Translations under genes and position numbers: made by a program | Shown here: positions 1 to 10,630 of the stretch, in pieces | How the letters are laid out: each line of letters starts with the position of its first letter | Numbering within the stretch: the stretch's first letter is position 1 | DNA from: an uncultured Azospirillaceae bacterium | GTDB lineage: Bacteria; Pseudomonadota; Alphaproteobacteria; RF32; CAG-239 | DNA length: 64,000 nucleotides | NCBI GenBank assembly: GCA_964655915.1 | Contig: CAZZNV010000001.1 | Location: 102,250-166,249 of the forward strand | Direction: 5' to 3' | The notes under the pieces: model-generated | Databases searched by the model: none | Told to the model about the DNA's origin: nothing | What the model saw: only the letters and a program-made list of their open reading frames with translations

Positions 1-2347
1 TCAAATTGCGGGATTTCTTGTCCGTTTTCATCAAGAAATTGCAGATTACCCAAATTGGAAATAAGCTCCGGACTAAGCGACATATTTTCCATTCGCTTGG
101 AAAGTTTATCTGCATTATCGCTTAATCTGGTTGCATCGCCTTCCTTAATGGAAGTCAAGCCATAAACCTCATCATATTGCCCAATTTCTCTATCTAATTT
201 TTCTTGGCAACTATCTATCACGCTTTGCCGTTCTTCATCGACATCAGGTTTACGAACATTAAACATGTTTGTATAGCCGTCATAAATATCAGCAATATTC
301 GTTTCTGTATCGTAGTTATAAGCCTGTAAGGCTATGGGCATTGCCGTTCCGCTGTGATACTGATTTGTCAGGTCATCTATTCTGTCGGCAACCTTGTGAT
401 AATCTCTATTGATTTTTTGCTTTTCTTCATCCGAGGTATCATCAGTGGCATTCTCTTGTTTGGTTTTAACATACGTGTAAAGGTCTGCCAACACCTGCGG
501 CGGCAAATCATCAAACCGCACTTCTATCCTGACATCATTACCGTTTTCATCTTTAACAACATTGCCTTCAGCATCTTTTACTTCTGTATAGGCATTATCC
601 AAAGACAACAGCTTTTCAGACACTCTTGTTCCAAACTCTTTTTGTTGTTTTTCCTTCAGCAAATCTCTTTTGGCTATGGCCTCCATAGCTTTTTCCGGAT
701 CTTTAAGCGCGGCTTGCATTACTTCATCATTAATAACGCCCATTTCATACAAAACCACAACTTTTACTTTATCTAATTTTTCTTCATTTTTATCGGAATT
801 GTCGCTTCTTTCACGGTAAAGACCATCATATTCCTCCTCTACGGGAACATTTCCTCTTCCTTTATTTTCCTGATTGGGGTGAATATGTTGAGGTGTCTCT
901 TCATTTTCATCTTGATTGATTTCAAGAACATTCTCTACAACATCGTTATCTTCACTCTGATTAACAATTATCGGCTGCCCACTTCTGGCAACTTCTTCAG
1001 CCCGTCTAAGAGCTGAGTCCAGCCTGTTGTCTTGGTTCTCTTGTTTTGCTCCAATAACTTCAATAGATTTTCTTCTCGTAGAATACGGTTCTTTAACACC
1101 ATTTGAAGTTGGATTAACCGGATCATCATATCCATAGACATTCTTAGCGATAAAATCACCAACCTTAACATCCGCCTCGTTTTGAATAATATCATTCAAA
1201 GAATATTTGGTATTTGTATATTTTCTGGCTTCTGACAGCATGTAAAGAGCCAATAATCTATCCCGAGCGAAAGTACTATCTTCTCCGTTGATTTTATTTT
1301 CAAAATTTCTAAACCCTGTTGTCTCTAAACGTCTATTGCGTTCTTCCGCCGGCATATTTTGAACATTGTTATAAATTTCTTGAAAATCTGTACTTGCAAA
1401 AGAATCTAAAACATCTTGATTGGATAATTCTGCTTGAGACTGTTTAATCGCCAAAACCATTCTTTTCAAGCGATCTGCATCCAGATTTTCCGTGGTGGCA
1501 TTAATATTATCAAGCTGAGACATCAATTCTGCTACCGTATGATTAGCTCCGGCTTCGCGATTGTCCGTCACAACCATTAGCATATTCGGAACATCTCGTT
1601 CTTCCATATGTGTTTGAATTTCCTGAGCAGGAACCTCCTGCAACACTTGTTTTTCTTCCTCTGCGGCAACTCGTTTTCCTTTCCAAAATTCCATCAAGTA
1701 TTGATCTATTGAGGAATCTTCATCTCTCTCGGTCGGGTTCATTCTTCTGATGTAATCCAACACTTCTTCTTTGCCGCGATATTGTTCACGGAGCTCATCT
1801 CTTTCTTTTTCCGTCAGATCCAGATATTCCAAATCACCTTCTTTATCTTCGACAAGCTGGGTTTTCTGTTCTTGCTCCGCTTGTCGGGCCGCTTTCAGCG
1901 TTGCTAACTTTTCTCTGGCCGCTTTTTCAAGAGATTGCATTTCCGGCGTGTTTTGATACCCCGCAAAAACACTTATAAACTCTTCCATTTTTTCATATGC
2001 TGCCGGTTCAATTTCCACAGAACCGTTAACAAATCCTTGCAAATCTTCTACGCCGACTTCATGAATATCCTCAAAAGCATCAGCCTTTTCCGGATCGTTC
2101 AGATATTCATCTTGTTTGTTAAGATATGTTTCTATATCGGCTAACCCATAAACCCTCGGTTGCTCTTTTTAGCCTCGTCCTGAAAGCGCTTTGCCCATTT
2201 TTCACGATTGCCGGCAATATTTAAAAAGTCCTCAATTCCTATTCTGTCGCTTCCCGCTGCTCTTTGTTTTTTCAAAAAGTCCTCAAATTCCGGACTATTT
2301 ATAATTGTCAACTCTTGTTCGGAAGTAAAAATTGTATCATCAGCCAT
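1..2347 (-). CDS. Large acidic hypothetical protein (>780 aa). Its 3' end lies beyond the window and the reading frame is interrupted. The first 68 codons run 2347->2141, then the ORF continues in the -1 frame from ~2168 down to position 1.
   Basis: A strong SD (AAGGAGAATACCC) precedes the ATG at 2345-2347. Frame a stops at 2141-2143. My own translation of the -1 frame finds no stop from ~2168 to the window edge (…KEQPRVYGLADIETYLNKQDEY…SNLGNLQFLDENGQEIPQF). The frame switch maps to the T5/A5 run at 2166-2170. The track omits it because it runs off the edge. Confidence 0.6.
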
Positions 2348-2463
2348 GGGTATTCTCCTTTGGAGACAAGTTTAAAGATTAATCATTAATATCAGATTAA
2401 CACAAAAAAGAGGGGGATTCAACAAATTTCGACAATTTTGTCAAAAAACAAACCTTGAAAAAT

Positions 2464-3552
2464 CTAATCAAAATTTATGCGGGGATCAATTAATGAATAT
2501 GTTACATCCGATACCAATTTGAGAATCAAACCCAGCAATGCAAAAATATACATCGTACCAAAAATCACAGGATAATCGCGCGTCATTATAGCCTCATACC
2601 CCAACAACCCCAGACCATTTAGAGAAAAAATAACTTCAATAAGCAATGAACCGGTAAACAACATTTTTATTAGCAATGTTGGAAATCCGGCAATAACAAT
2701 CAGCATTGCATTTCGAAAAACATGGCCATACAGGACACGTCTTTCACTCAACCCTTTAGCTCGTGCCGTTAAAACGTAAGGTTTGTTGATTTCATCTAAA
2801 AATGAATTTTTTGTCAGCATTGTTAAACTGGCAAATCCACCTATGGTCATGGCTGTTACGGGCAAAGCAATATGCCAAAAATAATCTCCGATTTTTCCTA
2901 AAATACTCAAATTTTCCCAATTATCCGACGTTAGTCCGTGTAGAGGAAACCAGTGCAAATATGTTCCGCCGGCAAAAAAGACTATCAAGAATACGGCCAA
3001 CAAAAAAACCGGTATGGCAGACCCCAAAATGACAAAAAAAGATGTCCATATATCAAAAGCATCTCCGTCACGGGTGGCTTTTTTTATGCCCAAAGGAATA
3101 GAAACCAGATAAATTATCAGTGTTGACCACAAACCCAAAGAAACGGAAACCGGCATACGCTCTTTTATCAATTGCCACACAGTCTTATCCTGATAAAAAC
3201 TTTTACCGAAATCGAAACGGGCATAGTCGGTTATCATCTTAAAAAATCGAACAAGCGCCGGCTTATCAAAGCCAAACTGCTTTTCCAGCTCTTTAACCAA
3301 TTCTTCCGGAACTCCACGGGCTCCCTGATATTGGGATTGAGAAGAGGATACCGCGTTATTCATCGTGGCCGTACCGGAAAATTGCCCCTTGCTGTCAACA
3401 TTCATTCCTTGATATTTTGCCAGAGTATGTTCTATCGGACCGCCGGGGGCAAATTGAATTATAGCGAAATTCACTGCTAGAATTCCCAACAACGTTACGG
3501 GAATTAAGAGTAATCGCTTGATAATATAATCCCTCATATTTCCCTCCACCAT
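2464..3552 (-). CDS. yejB: ABC peptide/microcin-type transporter permease (OppB/DppB/YejB family)
   Basis: 362 aa with an N-terminal TM segment and the conserved permease core of binding-protein-dependent peptide ABC transporters. It overlaps the upstream SBP gene by 19 nt. Confidence 0.8.
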   Translation of the reverse strand: MVEGNMRDYIIKRLLLIPVTLLGILAVNFAIIQFAPGGPIEHTLAKYQGMNVDSKGQFSGTATMNNAVSSSQSQYQGARGVPEELVKELEKQFGFDKPALVRFFKMITDYARFDFGKSFYQDKTVWQLIKERMPVSVSLGLWSTLIIYLVSIPLGIKKATRDGDAFDIWTSFFVILGSAIPVFLLAVFLIVFFAGGTYLHWFPLHGLTSDNWENLSILGKIGDYFWHIALPVTAMTIGGFASLTMLTKNSFLDEINKPYVLTARAKGLSERRVLYGHVFRNAMLIVIAGFPTLLIKMLFTGSLLIEVIFSLNGLGLLGYEAIMTRDYPVIFGTMYIFALLGLILKLVSDVTYSLIDPRINFD

Positions 3553-5327
3553 GTAAAAATATTAAAACCAGACTTGCTTCTTGTTTGAGGGTGTTTAAGC
3601 CCTTTTTTGTAGGCAACCCTGCTATGAGGAGAGTACCATTGCGGAATTAGATAATGCTCATTCAACAAAACTCTATCCAAAGCCTTAACCGCAGCAACAT
3701 AATCGGATTTTTTATGAGCAGAAACCAACTTTTGGACTAAATCATCCACCACGGGGTTTTTTACGCCTAATAAATTATAGCTTCCTCTGACATCTGCGGC
3801 CTGAGAACCCCATATTTCTTTTTGCTCATTTCCGGGAAGATTACTGACGCCTATTGAAAGAATTGCCATTTCATAATCAAAATTGTCCATACGATTTTTA
3901 TAGACGTTAACCTCCAAGTTTCTGAAAACCATTTTAATTCCGATTTTTTTAAGATTTTCAATAAACGGGAGCATTACTCTGGTGAAGGCAGAGCCATTTG
4001 CCGCATTGCTCAAAACCTCTATTGTCAGGGGCTCACTGCTTTTTAAATGGGTCATAACACCATCTTTGAAATCATAACCCGCCTCGTTCAACAATTCTAC
4101 CGCTCGCCGTAAATTTTGTCTGGTTTGCAGATAATCAGCATGAACGGGGAACTCGGGTTCTCGGGTGAAAACCTCCGAAGGAAGATTGGCTTTATACTTG
4201 TTCAAAAGGCTCAATTCTCTACCTTGCGGCAAGCCTGTGGCTTCCATGCCCGTATTGGTAAAATGACTGTAAAGTCTTTTATATTGGTTATAAAACAACT
4301 TATCCGCCGCCCATTCGAAATTAAATGCCAAACCGATGGCCTCTCGCACTCGACGGTCTGAAAATTTGGGAAGCCTGCTGTTGAAACCGAAGAACTGCAA
4401 TGTTGCCGGTTGGTTATGCTCTAAATTCTCTTGAATTATCTCTCCTGATTTGACCAAATCATTATCATAGCCTGTTACCCAGATTTTGGCTATATACTCT
4501 TCCCTTACATCAATATTTCCGGCAAACAAAGCTTGCAAGGTGACTGTTGTATCCTGATAATAGTCGTATCGCACTTCGTCAAAATTGAAGAAACCTTTGC
4601 GCGAGGGTAAATCTTTTGCCCAATAATTCGGATTTCTGCGAAACACGAGATTCTTTCCAACCTCAAATCCCTCCAAAATATAAGGTCCGCTGCCTAAGGG
4701 AACTCGAAGCTCCGGCTTGGAAAAATCTCTTCCTTCCCAATCTTTGGCGGAATAAATTTTAAGTTGGGCCAAAATAAGCGGCAATTCCTTGTTACGCACT
4801 CCGGCCTTAAAATGAAAACGGACGTGATATTTATTCACTTTTTCAGCCCGATCCACATCTCCATAATAGACCTTATAAAAAGGGCTCCCCTTCTCTATCA
4901 AAGCATTGTAGCTGAACAAAACATCATCTGCGGTTACAGGTTCTCCATTGCTAAATCTGGCTTTTTTATTCAGGATAAATCCGACGTACGAATTATCCGG
5001 TGAAACTTCAAATTTTTCCGCCAGCAGAGGATAAACCGTTGTCGGATCGTCTATGGGGACAACTCCCAGACTATCCAAGCTCAATAAAGCGTGTTCGGGA
5101 GAGGCTATGCCCTTAAAAATATACGGATTAAAATTATCAAAACCGCCGTATGCAGGCATCACCACGCGACCGCCCTTGGGTGCGTTTGGATTCACATAGG
5201 AGAAATTATTAAACGAATCTTTGTACAAGGCCTCGCCATACAAAGCCAAAGACGGTACTATCTCAGCGTGCACCGCATGCACCATTCCCAGAAAAGCGAA
5301 ACAAAAAAAGCTAATTATCTTCAGCAA
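3534..5327 (-). CDS. yejA: Periplasmic solute-binding protein, family 5 (peptide/microcin type, YejA-like)
   Basis: 597 aa with a signal peptide (…MVHAVHA) and a family-5 SBP length and architecture. It is co-oriented with and overlaps the permease gene. Confidence 0.8.
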   Translation of the reverse strand: MLKIISFFCFAFLGMVHAVHAEIVPSLALYGEALYKDSFNNFSYVNPNAPKGGRVVMPAYGGFDNFNPYIFKGIASPEHALLSLDSLGVVPIDDPTTVYPLLAEKFEVSPDNSYVGFILNKKARFSNGEPVTADDVLFSYNALIEKGSPFYKVYYGDVDRAEKVNKYHVRFHFKAGVRNKELPLILAQLKIYSAKDWEGRDFSKPELRVPLGSGPYILEGFEVGKNLVFRRNPNYWAKDLPSRKGFFNFDEVRYDYYQDTTVTLQALFAGNIDVREEYIAKIWVTGYDNDLVKSGEIIQENLEHNQPATLQFFGFNSRLPKFSDRRVREAIGLAFNFEWAADKLFYNQYKRLYSHFTNTGMEATGLPQGRELSLLNKYKANLPSEVFTREPEFPVHADYLQTRQNLRRAVELLNEAGYDFKDGVMTHLKSSEPLTIEVLSNAANGSAFTRVMLPFIENLKKIGIKMVFRNLEVNVYKNRMDNFDYEMAILSIGVSNLPGNEQKEIWGSQAADVRGSYNLLGVKNPVVDDLVQKLVSAHKKSDYVAAVKALDRVLLNEHYLIPQWYSPHSRVAYKKGLKHPQTRSKSGFNIFTWWREI

Positions 5328-5339
5328 GGCATTTTCCGA

Positions 5340-6578
5340 TTAACGACTATATTTTTCTTCGTCCATCCACCCGCCAAACGGATATGCAAAGTTTTCATCT
5401 TCGTCAGATACCCGTGGCGATTCCTTAAAACCGTTCCACTCCTCTTTTAGATTGTTGAGCTGTTTTTGTGTTTGAGACATATCGACTTCCGGCATTGAAA
5501 CTTCCGGGTTTGTCAAAGATGTTTCCTCCGGCAGGGATATTTCAAAATGCGGCTCTTCCTTTTCTAAAACAGGCTCATTTTGCGGAACAGCATCAAAAAA
5601 CACTTCATTTTCCGTGTTCAGTTGCGGTTCAGGATCATCAACCGCGCCAAAACTACGCTCCAACGCGATGGAGAAAGGGTCTCTCTCTTTCGAAACCGGC
5701 TCTTCAATCTCAGGTTTCTTTTTGAACGGATTTATCTTGCTCATTAATGATTCGGGTGTCTTTTGTTCCCTATAAGCATCTATCGGTGCCGAGGTTTCTT
5801 GACGAACCGTAATCGGCGCAGATTGAGCCTCAACACCAAAACTTCTCGGACGAACAAAAGCATTGGTACTTTCCCGAACTTTTCTTACCTCATCAGACAC
5901 GGGAGCAAAGATTGAGAAAACTTTTCCCATTACGCCTGTTTCTATCATATTCAAAAAGATTTTCTCTCTGTCATATTTTTCTAAAAGTCCAACTACTGAT
6001 TGGTAGCGAGCACAAAATTCCATAATCGTTCCCGCTAAAACAACATCGTGGCAAGCTTTTTCATAAACACGCATCTGGAAATTTGCCTGCGCGTTATTCA
6101 CCTCTATAATCACCTTTCCAAACGTCCATTTTCCGCCATCGCGCACCTGTTGCCACAAGTGCTCAATTTGTTCTTTAGAGGCTATTTTGCAACAACGGAT
6201 AATCTCGGACAACAGTTCATTCAAATCCGCAATCAACAGATCAAAACGCCCCATCATAAATCCTTCTTTCACCTGTTGTTCCGTTTCGATAAGGACCCGA
6301 GCCAACAGGTCTGAATAGTCTTGGTTTTTCTTCATCTGAGAGAACAGTTTATGGAACAACCCCTCTGTCCGACGGTTTTGTAGATATTGGTTAACACCAC
6401 CAAACACAACCCACATTACAAACACCGGCAAAAACAAAACCAACAAAGCGCCGACAACGACCTCTGAACCCGCAGAAAAAAATGACTGTCCGCCAAGACT
6501 TTCCGCCACAAAACGAAAAGCGTAAATCAGCCAGACTAATGATGAAAATATTAAGGCGAAAAACGACACCGCAACCAC
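5340..6578 (-). CDS. Hypothetical membrane protein (2-3 N-terminal TM helices, acidic disordered C-terminal half)
   Basis: 412-aa ORF. Hydrophobic N-terminus followed by a Glu/Pro-rich low-complexity tail. No recognisable catalytic motif. Confidence 0.5.
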   Translation of the reverse strand: MVAVSFFALIFSSLVWLIYAFRFVAESLGGQSFFSAGSEVVVGALLVLFLPVFVMWVVFGGVNQYLQNRRTEGLFHKLFSQMKKNQDYSDLLARVLIETEQQVKEGFMMGRFDLLIADLNELLSEIIRCCKIASKEQIEHLWQQVRDGGKWTFGKVIIEVNNAQANFQMRVYEKACHDVVLAGTIMEFCARYQSVVGLLEKYDREKIFLNMIETGVMGKVFSIFAPVSDEVRKVRESTNAFVRPRSFGVEAQSAPITVRQETSAPIDAYREQKTPESLMSKINPFKKKPEIEEPVSKERDPFSIALERSFGAVDDPEPQLNTENEVFFDAVPQNEPVLEKEEPHFEISLPEETSLTNPEVSMPEVDMSQTQKQLNNLKEEWNGFKESPRVSDEDENFAYPFGGWMDEEKYSR

Positions 6579-6746
6579 AGTTAAAACTCCTGATTTTTGA
6601 TTTAGTTAATTTATTTTATTCAATTAAATGCTTTTTCCAATAAAAAATCCTACTTCTTGCACAAAAACTAAAATTAAGAGTCGAATTTTGCAAAAAAATA
6701 TGCTAAGTGTGGCGTAACATTCAGAGATTTATGAAAGAGGAAGTTT

Positions 6747-7724
6747 ATGAGTAATACATCCAGTCCCCTTGTTTTGGACTTTGAAAAGAATATTTTTGAA
6801 ATAGAATCCAAAATTGAAAGTTTAAAGCTTTTGGCACAGAATGAAGATGTTGATATTTCACAAGAAATCACACGCTTGCAACAAAAGCTCGAAAAGCAAA
6901 TGAAATCATCTTATTCCAATTTAACCCCGTGGCAGAAATCTCAAGTTGCCCGCCACCCTCAGCGCCCTCACTGCCTAGACTATGTTCGCGCACTGATTGA
7001 AGACTTTACTCCGTTATGCGGTGATCGTTTGTTTGGCGATGATGAGGCTATGATTGGCGGAATCGGAAGATTCAAAAATATTTCCGTTGTGGTTCTGGGA
7101 CAGGAAAAGGGACATGACATCGAGTCTCGCGTTAAATATAATTTCGGCATGGCCAAACCGGAAGGTTATCGCAAGGCGCAAAGATTAATGGATTTGGCAG
7201 ATAAATTTAATATGCCGGTTTTGGCTTTTGTTGACACCTCGGGCGCATTCCCCGGTGTTGAAGCTGAGGCTCGCGGACAGGCCGAAGCCATTGCATCATC
7301 CATACAAAAATGTTTGCAAATCAAAACTCCTATTATCTCTGTTGTTATCGGCGAAGGCGGCTCCGGCGGAGCTATCGCCATTGCCGCGGCAAACAGGGTT
7401 TTGATGCTCGAACATTCCATATATTCTGTCATTTCTCCGGAAGGGTGCGCTTCCATTTTGTGGCGCTCTGCCGATAAGGTTAAGGAGGCGACAGAGGCCT
7501 TAAAACTGACAGCTCAAGATTTGCGCCAGCTTGGAGTTATTGATGAAATTATCGCGGAACCTTTGGGCGGTGCACACCGAGATCAGTCGGTAGCTATTGA
7601 ACGTGTTGGAGATGCTATTCTCAAGCATTTAAAAGAGCTGCTTCCCTTGAGCGGTGATGAACTAAAAAAACGCCGCAATGAGAAATTTTTAAGGATGGGG
7701 CGTCGCTTTGCAGACTCTAAATAA
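6747..7724 (+). CDS. accA: Acetyl-CoA carboxylase carboxyltransferase subunit alpha
   Basis: 325 aa with canonical AccA sequence (…GDRLFGDDEAMIGGIGRF…PEGYRKAQRLMDLADKF…). An AGAGGAAG SD precedes the ATG. Confidence 0.95.
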   Translation: MSNTSSPLVLDFEKNIFEIESKIESLKLLAQNEDVDISQEITRLQQKLEKQMKSSYSNLTPWQKSQVARHPQRPHCLDYVRALIEDFTPLCGDRLFGDDEAMIGGIGRFKNISVVVLGQEKGHDIESRVKYNFGMAKPEGYRKAQRLMDLADKFNMPVLAFVDTSGAFPGVEAEARGQAEAIASSIQKCLQIKTPIISVVIGEGGSGGAIAIAAANRVLMLEHSIYSVISPEGCASILWRSADKVKEATEALKLTAQDLRQLGVIDEIIAEPLGGAHRDQSVAIERVGDAILKHLKELLPLSGDELKKRRNEKFLRMGRRFADSK

Positions 7725-8850
7725 ATTTTTCGCGGAGTATTCTTTTATTTTTGCGGTGACGGCGGTTGTTTTGTTGTTGCTGAACTTGGTTCTGTTGATT
7801 TTTCAGCGGAATCGTAAAGATTTGGCCGGGTTTAGCGACCTTTTGTTGAGAGGACAGGCTGAACTGGCCGGACGCCTAACCCAATTCGGCGAACACAGCT
7901 TACGCGAACAAAACCAAATTTCTCAGGCGATGAACGAGCAAAAAATGGCCGTGTTAAAGATTATGGACGAAAAGTTACTGGCTGTTACCAAGAGCGTGGG
8001 AGAGGGATTGCAAAAAAATACGGCAAAAACAACCGAAACACTGATGGATTTGCGAGAACGGCTGGCTAAAATTGATATTGCCCAGCAAAAAATCTCGTCT
8101 CTTTCGGAGCAGGTTGTGTCTTTGCAAGAAGTTCTGTCTAACAAGCAAGCTCGAGGCGCATTCGGCGAGATTCAACTTAACGATTTAGTTTCCTCTATTC
8201 TCCCTCCCAATGTTTATGAATTTCAAGCTGTTTTAACTAACGGCAAAAGAGCAGACTGCGTTTTAAAGCTACCGAATCCTCCGGGAACAATTGTGGTTGA
8301 CGCAAAGTTTCCGTTGGAAAGTTATCAGGCTTTGCGGCAAGCCTTTTCCGAAAGAGAGAGGGGAGATGCCGAGCGTTTTTTCAGGGCTTCTATGCTCAAA
8401 CACATAAAAGATATTTCTGAAAAATATATTATTTCAGGGGAGACCGCCGAATCGGCTCTGATGTTTTTGCCGAGCGAAGCCGTATATGCTGAGTTACATG
8501 CCAACTTCACCGATGTGGTTGAGGCTTCTTACCGTTCAAAAGTCTGGATTGTATCGCCAACAACCTTGATGGCAACCTTAAACACAATACGCGCCATATT
8601 GAAAGATGCGAAAATGCGTGAACAAGCCGGCGTCATCCAAAGAGAAGTCGGGGTTTTGACCGAAGATATCGGGCGCTTAGACAACCGCATCGAAAGTCTG
8701 GAAAAGCACTTCAAACAAGCCTGTGAAGACGTTGACGGCATAAAGATTTCATCGGGAAAAATCGGGAAAAGAATCCAACGTATTGAAAACATTGAGCTGG
8801 AGGAGGTTCCCTCTGCGGCTCATCTTCCCCAACTGGCAAATGATGATTAA
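7708..8850 (+). CDS. rmuC: DNA recombination protein RmuC
   Basis: 380 aa with an N-terminal TM, a coiled coil and an RmuC C-terminal domain. It overlaps accA by 17 nt, so the two are likely one operon. Confidence 0.8.
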   Translation: MQTLNKFFAEYSFIFAVTAVVLLLLNLVLLIFQRNRKDLAGFSDLLLRGQAELAGRLTQFGEHSLREQNQISQAMNEQKMAVLKIMDEKLLAVTKSVGEGLQKNTAKTTETLMDLRERLAKIDIAQQKISSLSEQVVSLQEVLSNKQARGAFGEIQLNDLVSSILPPNVYEFQAVLTNGKRADCVLKLPNPPGTIVVDAKFPLESYQALRQAFSERERGDAERFFRASMLKHIKDISEKYIISGETAESALMFLPSEAVYAELHANFTDVVEASYRSKVWIVSPTTLMATLNTIRAILKDAKMREQAGVIQREVGVLTEDIGRLDNRIESLEKHFKQACEDVDGIKISSGKIGKRIQRIENIELEEVPSAAHLPQLANDD

Positions 8851-8955
8851 AATTCCTTGGATAAGTAAATATTTAAATTTTGGCTTTTTTTTAAATTGTA
8901 ATATTGATAAATAAAGTAAAAAAAGATAACTTAGAACAAAAATGATAATAAAGAG

Positions 8956-9243
8956 GTGGTTAAAGTGACAAGATCAGAATTAATTGAACGAATTGCAAGT
9001 AAAAATCCGCATTTACTCTTGAAAGATGTTGAAAAGATTGTAGCGGTTATTTTTGATAAAATCGTGTCTTCGCTTGCAGCCGGAGACCGTGTTGAGTTTC
9101 GCGGTTTTGGAGCATTTTCTGTCAGGACAAGAACTCCTCGGGTGGCAAAAAACCCTCGCACGGGAGAGCCTGTTAAGGTTGATGAGCGAAAAATACCTCA
9201 TTTTAAAACTGGAAAACAATTGTTTGAACTGTTAAATAAGTAA
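8956..9243 (+). CDS. ihfB: Integration host factor subunit beta (HU/IHF family); probable true start GTG ~8965 (MTRSELIERIA…)
   Basis: N-terminus MTRSELIERIA… and the RGFGAFSVR…NPRTGEPV arm are IHF-beta-like. An AAGAGG SD lies upstream. Confidence 0.8.
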   Translation: MVKVTRSELIERIASKNPHLLLKDVEKIVAVIFDKIVSSLAAGDRVEFRGFGAFSVRTRTPRVAKNPRTGEPVKVDERKIPHFKTGKQLFELLNK

Positions 9244-9270
9244 TAACTTGTTTTTTGCAGGAGAGCATTT

Positions 9271-9696
9271 ATGGGCTTTATAAAATTGCTGATAGGTTTG
9301 CCGTTGATTGTTGTTATTACGGTGTTTGCCTTCGTTAATAACGATTTGGCTACTTTTAATCTATGGCCTTTTTATATTGAAATCACGGTTTCTCTCAGCG
9401 TGGCTATAATTTTCTTTATCTTAATCGGTTTTTTGTGGGGAAAGCTCTTTTCTTGGCTTTCGTACGCTCCTGTTAGAAAGGCTTTGCGTCAGCAGAAAAA
9501 ACAAAACAAAAAGTTGAACAAAGAACAGATGAAACTTGTTAAGGAAGTTGAGAACCTGCATGGGGATTTGGAAATTCTGAAGGAAAAAACACCTAAACCT
9601 CAAAAGCTGTCTTTGCAAGATAAAATTAAGAGATTTTTTAAAGTACAAACCGCTCAAGAAGATGACGCCGGTTATCACCCTGTTGCTAAAAATTAA
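9271..9696 (+). CDS. LapA-family (DUF1049) inner-membrane protein
   Basis: 141 aa with two N-terminal TM helices and a Lys-rich coiled C-terminus. The position directly after ihfB is conserved in alphaproteobacteria. Confidence 0.6.
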   Translation: MGFIKLLIGLPLIVVITVFAFVNNDLATFNLWPFYIEITVSLSVAIIFFILIGFLWGKLFSWLSYAPVRKALRQQKKQNKKLNKEQMKLVKEVENLHGDLEILKEKTPKPQKLSLQDKIKRFFKVQTAQEDDAGYHPVAKN

Positions 9697-9713
9697 ATTT
9701 ATAAGGAAAAAAC

Positions 9714-10595
9714 ATGAACTGGCTTTCTGACTTTGTTCGTCCGAAACTGAAAAAGATAACAACAAAAGAAATAGCGGACAATCTATGGACCAAATGCCCT
9801 GTCTGCGGTCAAATGCTATTTACAAAGGAACTGGAAAAAAACAACTTTGTTTGCTCCTCTTGTGATCACCATTTACGCATGCCTTTAAAAAAGCGTTTTG
9901 AGCTTTTGTTCGATAATGGCGAATATAAGAACATTACCCTTCCGAAGTTGCAGGAAGATCCTTTGAATTTTAAAGATTCTAAAAAATACAGTGAGCGTTT
10001 GCGTACCTACCGTAAAGCTACGGGACACGACGACGCTATACAGGTTGCTCAAGGGGAGATCGGCGGTATAAATTGCGTAATCGCAGCCTTGGACTTTTCT
10101 TTTATGGGGGGATCCATGGGCACAACTGTCGGAGAAGGAATTGTCAAAGCTGCAGAAATTGCTTCCAGAGGAAACTATCCGCTTATCACAATATCAGCTT
10201 CCGGCGGAGCGCGTATGCAGGAAGGAATTTTGTCCTTGATGCAAATGGCGCGCACAACAGTCGCCGTTAATATGGTTAAAGAAAAGGGACTCCCTTTTAT
10301 ATCTGTTCTGACAGATCCCACTACCGGCGGTGTTTCGGCCTCTTTTGCTATGCTCGGCGATATTCACATTGCCGAACAAGGGTGTGTTATCGGTTTTGCC
10401 GGCGCACGCGTTATTGAACAAACAATCCGAGAAAAGCTTCCTGAAGATTTCCAGAGAGCGGAATATCTTAAAGAACATGGAATGGTTGATATTGTTGTTC
10501 GGCGCTCCGAATTGAAGAACGAGTTGGTCAAGGTGTTGAGCATTCTAACCCACCGTAAACCGCAAACAAGCACTTTGTCTATTGAACAAAAATAG
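9714..10595 (+). CDS. accD: Acetyl-CoA carboxylase carboxyltransferase subunit beta
   Basis: 293 aa with the N-terminal Zn ribbon CPVCG…CSSCDHH and a carboxyltransferase core. An AAGGA SD is present. Apparent ihfB-lapA-accD operon. Confidence 0.95.
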   Translation: MNWLSDFVRPKLKKITTKEIADNLWTKCPVCGQMLFTKELEKNNFVCSSCDHHLRMPLKKRFELLFDNGEYKNITLPKLQEDPLNFKDSKKYSERLRTYRKATGHDDAIQVAQGEIGGINCVIAALDFSFMGGSMGTTVGEGIVKAAEIASRGNYPLITISASGGARMQEGILSLMQMARTTVAVNMVKEKGLPFISVLTDPTTGGVSASFAMLGDIHIAEQGCVIGFAGARVIEQTIREKLPEDFQRAEYLKEHGMVDIVVRRSELKNELVKVLSILTHRKPQTSTLSIEQK

Positions 10596-10596
10596 T

Positions 10597-10630
10597 AAAA
10601 AGCCGGAAATCAAATTCCGGCTTTTTACTA
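10597..10630. terminator. Bidirectional rho-independent terminator between convergent accD and the Sel1 gene
   Basis: AAAAAGCCGGAA-ATCAA-ATTCCGGCTTTTT is a perfect hairpin flanked by an A-run and a T-run. Confidence 0.7.

Noticed and set aside
354-776. 140-aa + strand ORF rich in Ile/Phe
   Set aside because: It lies antisense to the open -1 frame of the large minus-strand gene. The low-complexity hydrophobic translation is typical of antisense AT-rich sequence.
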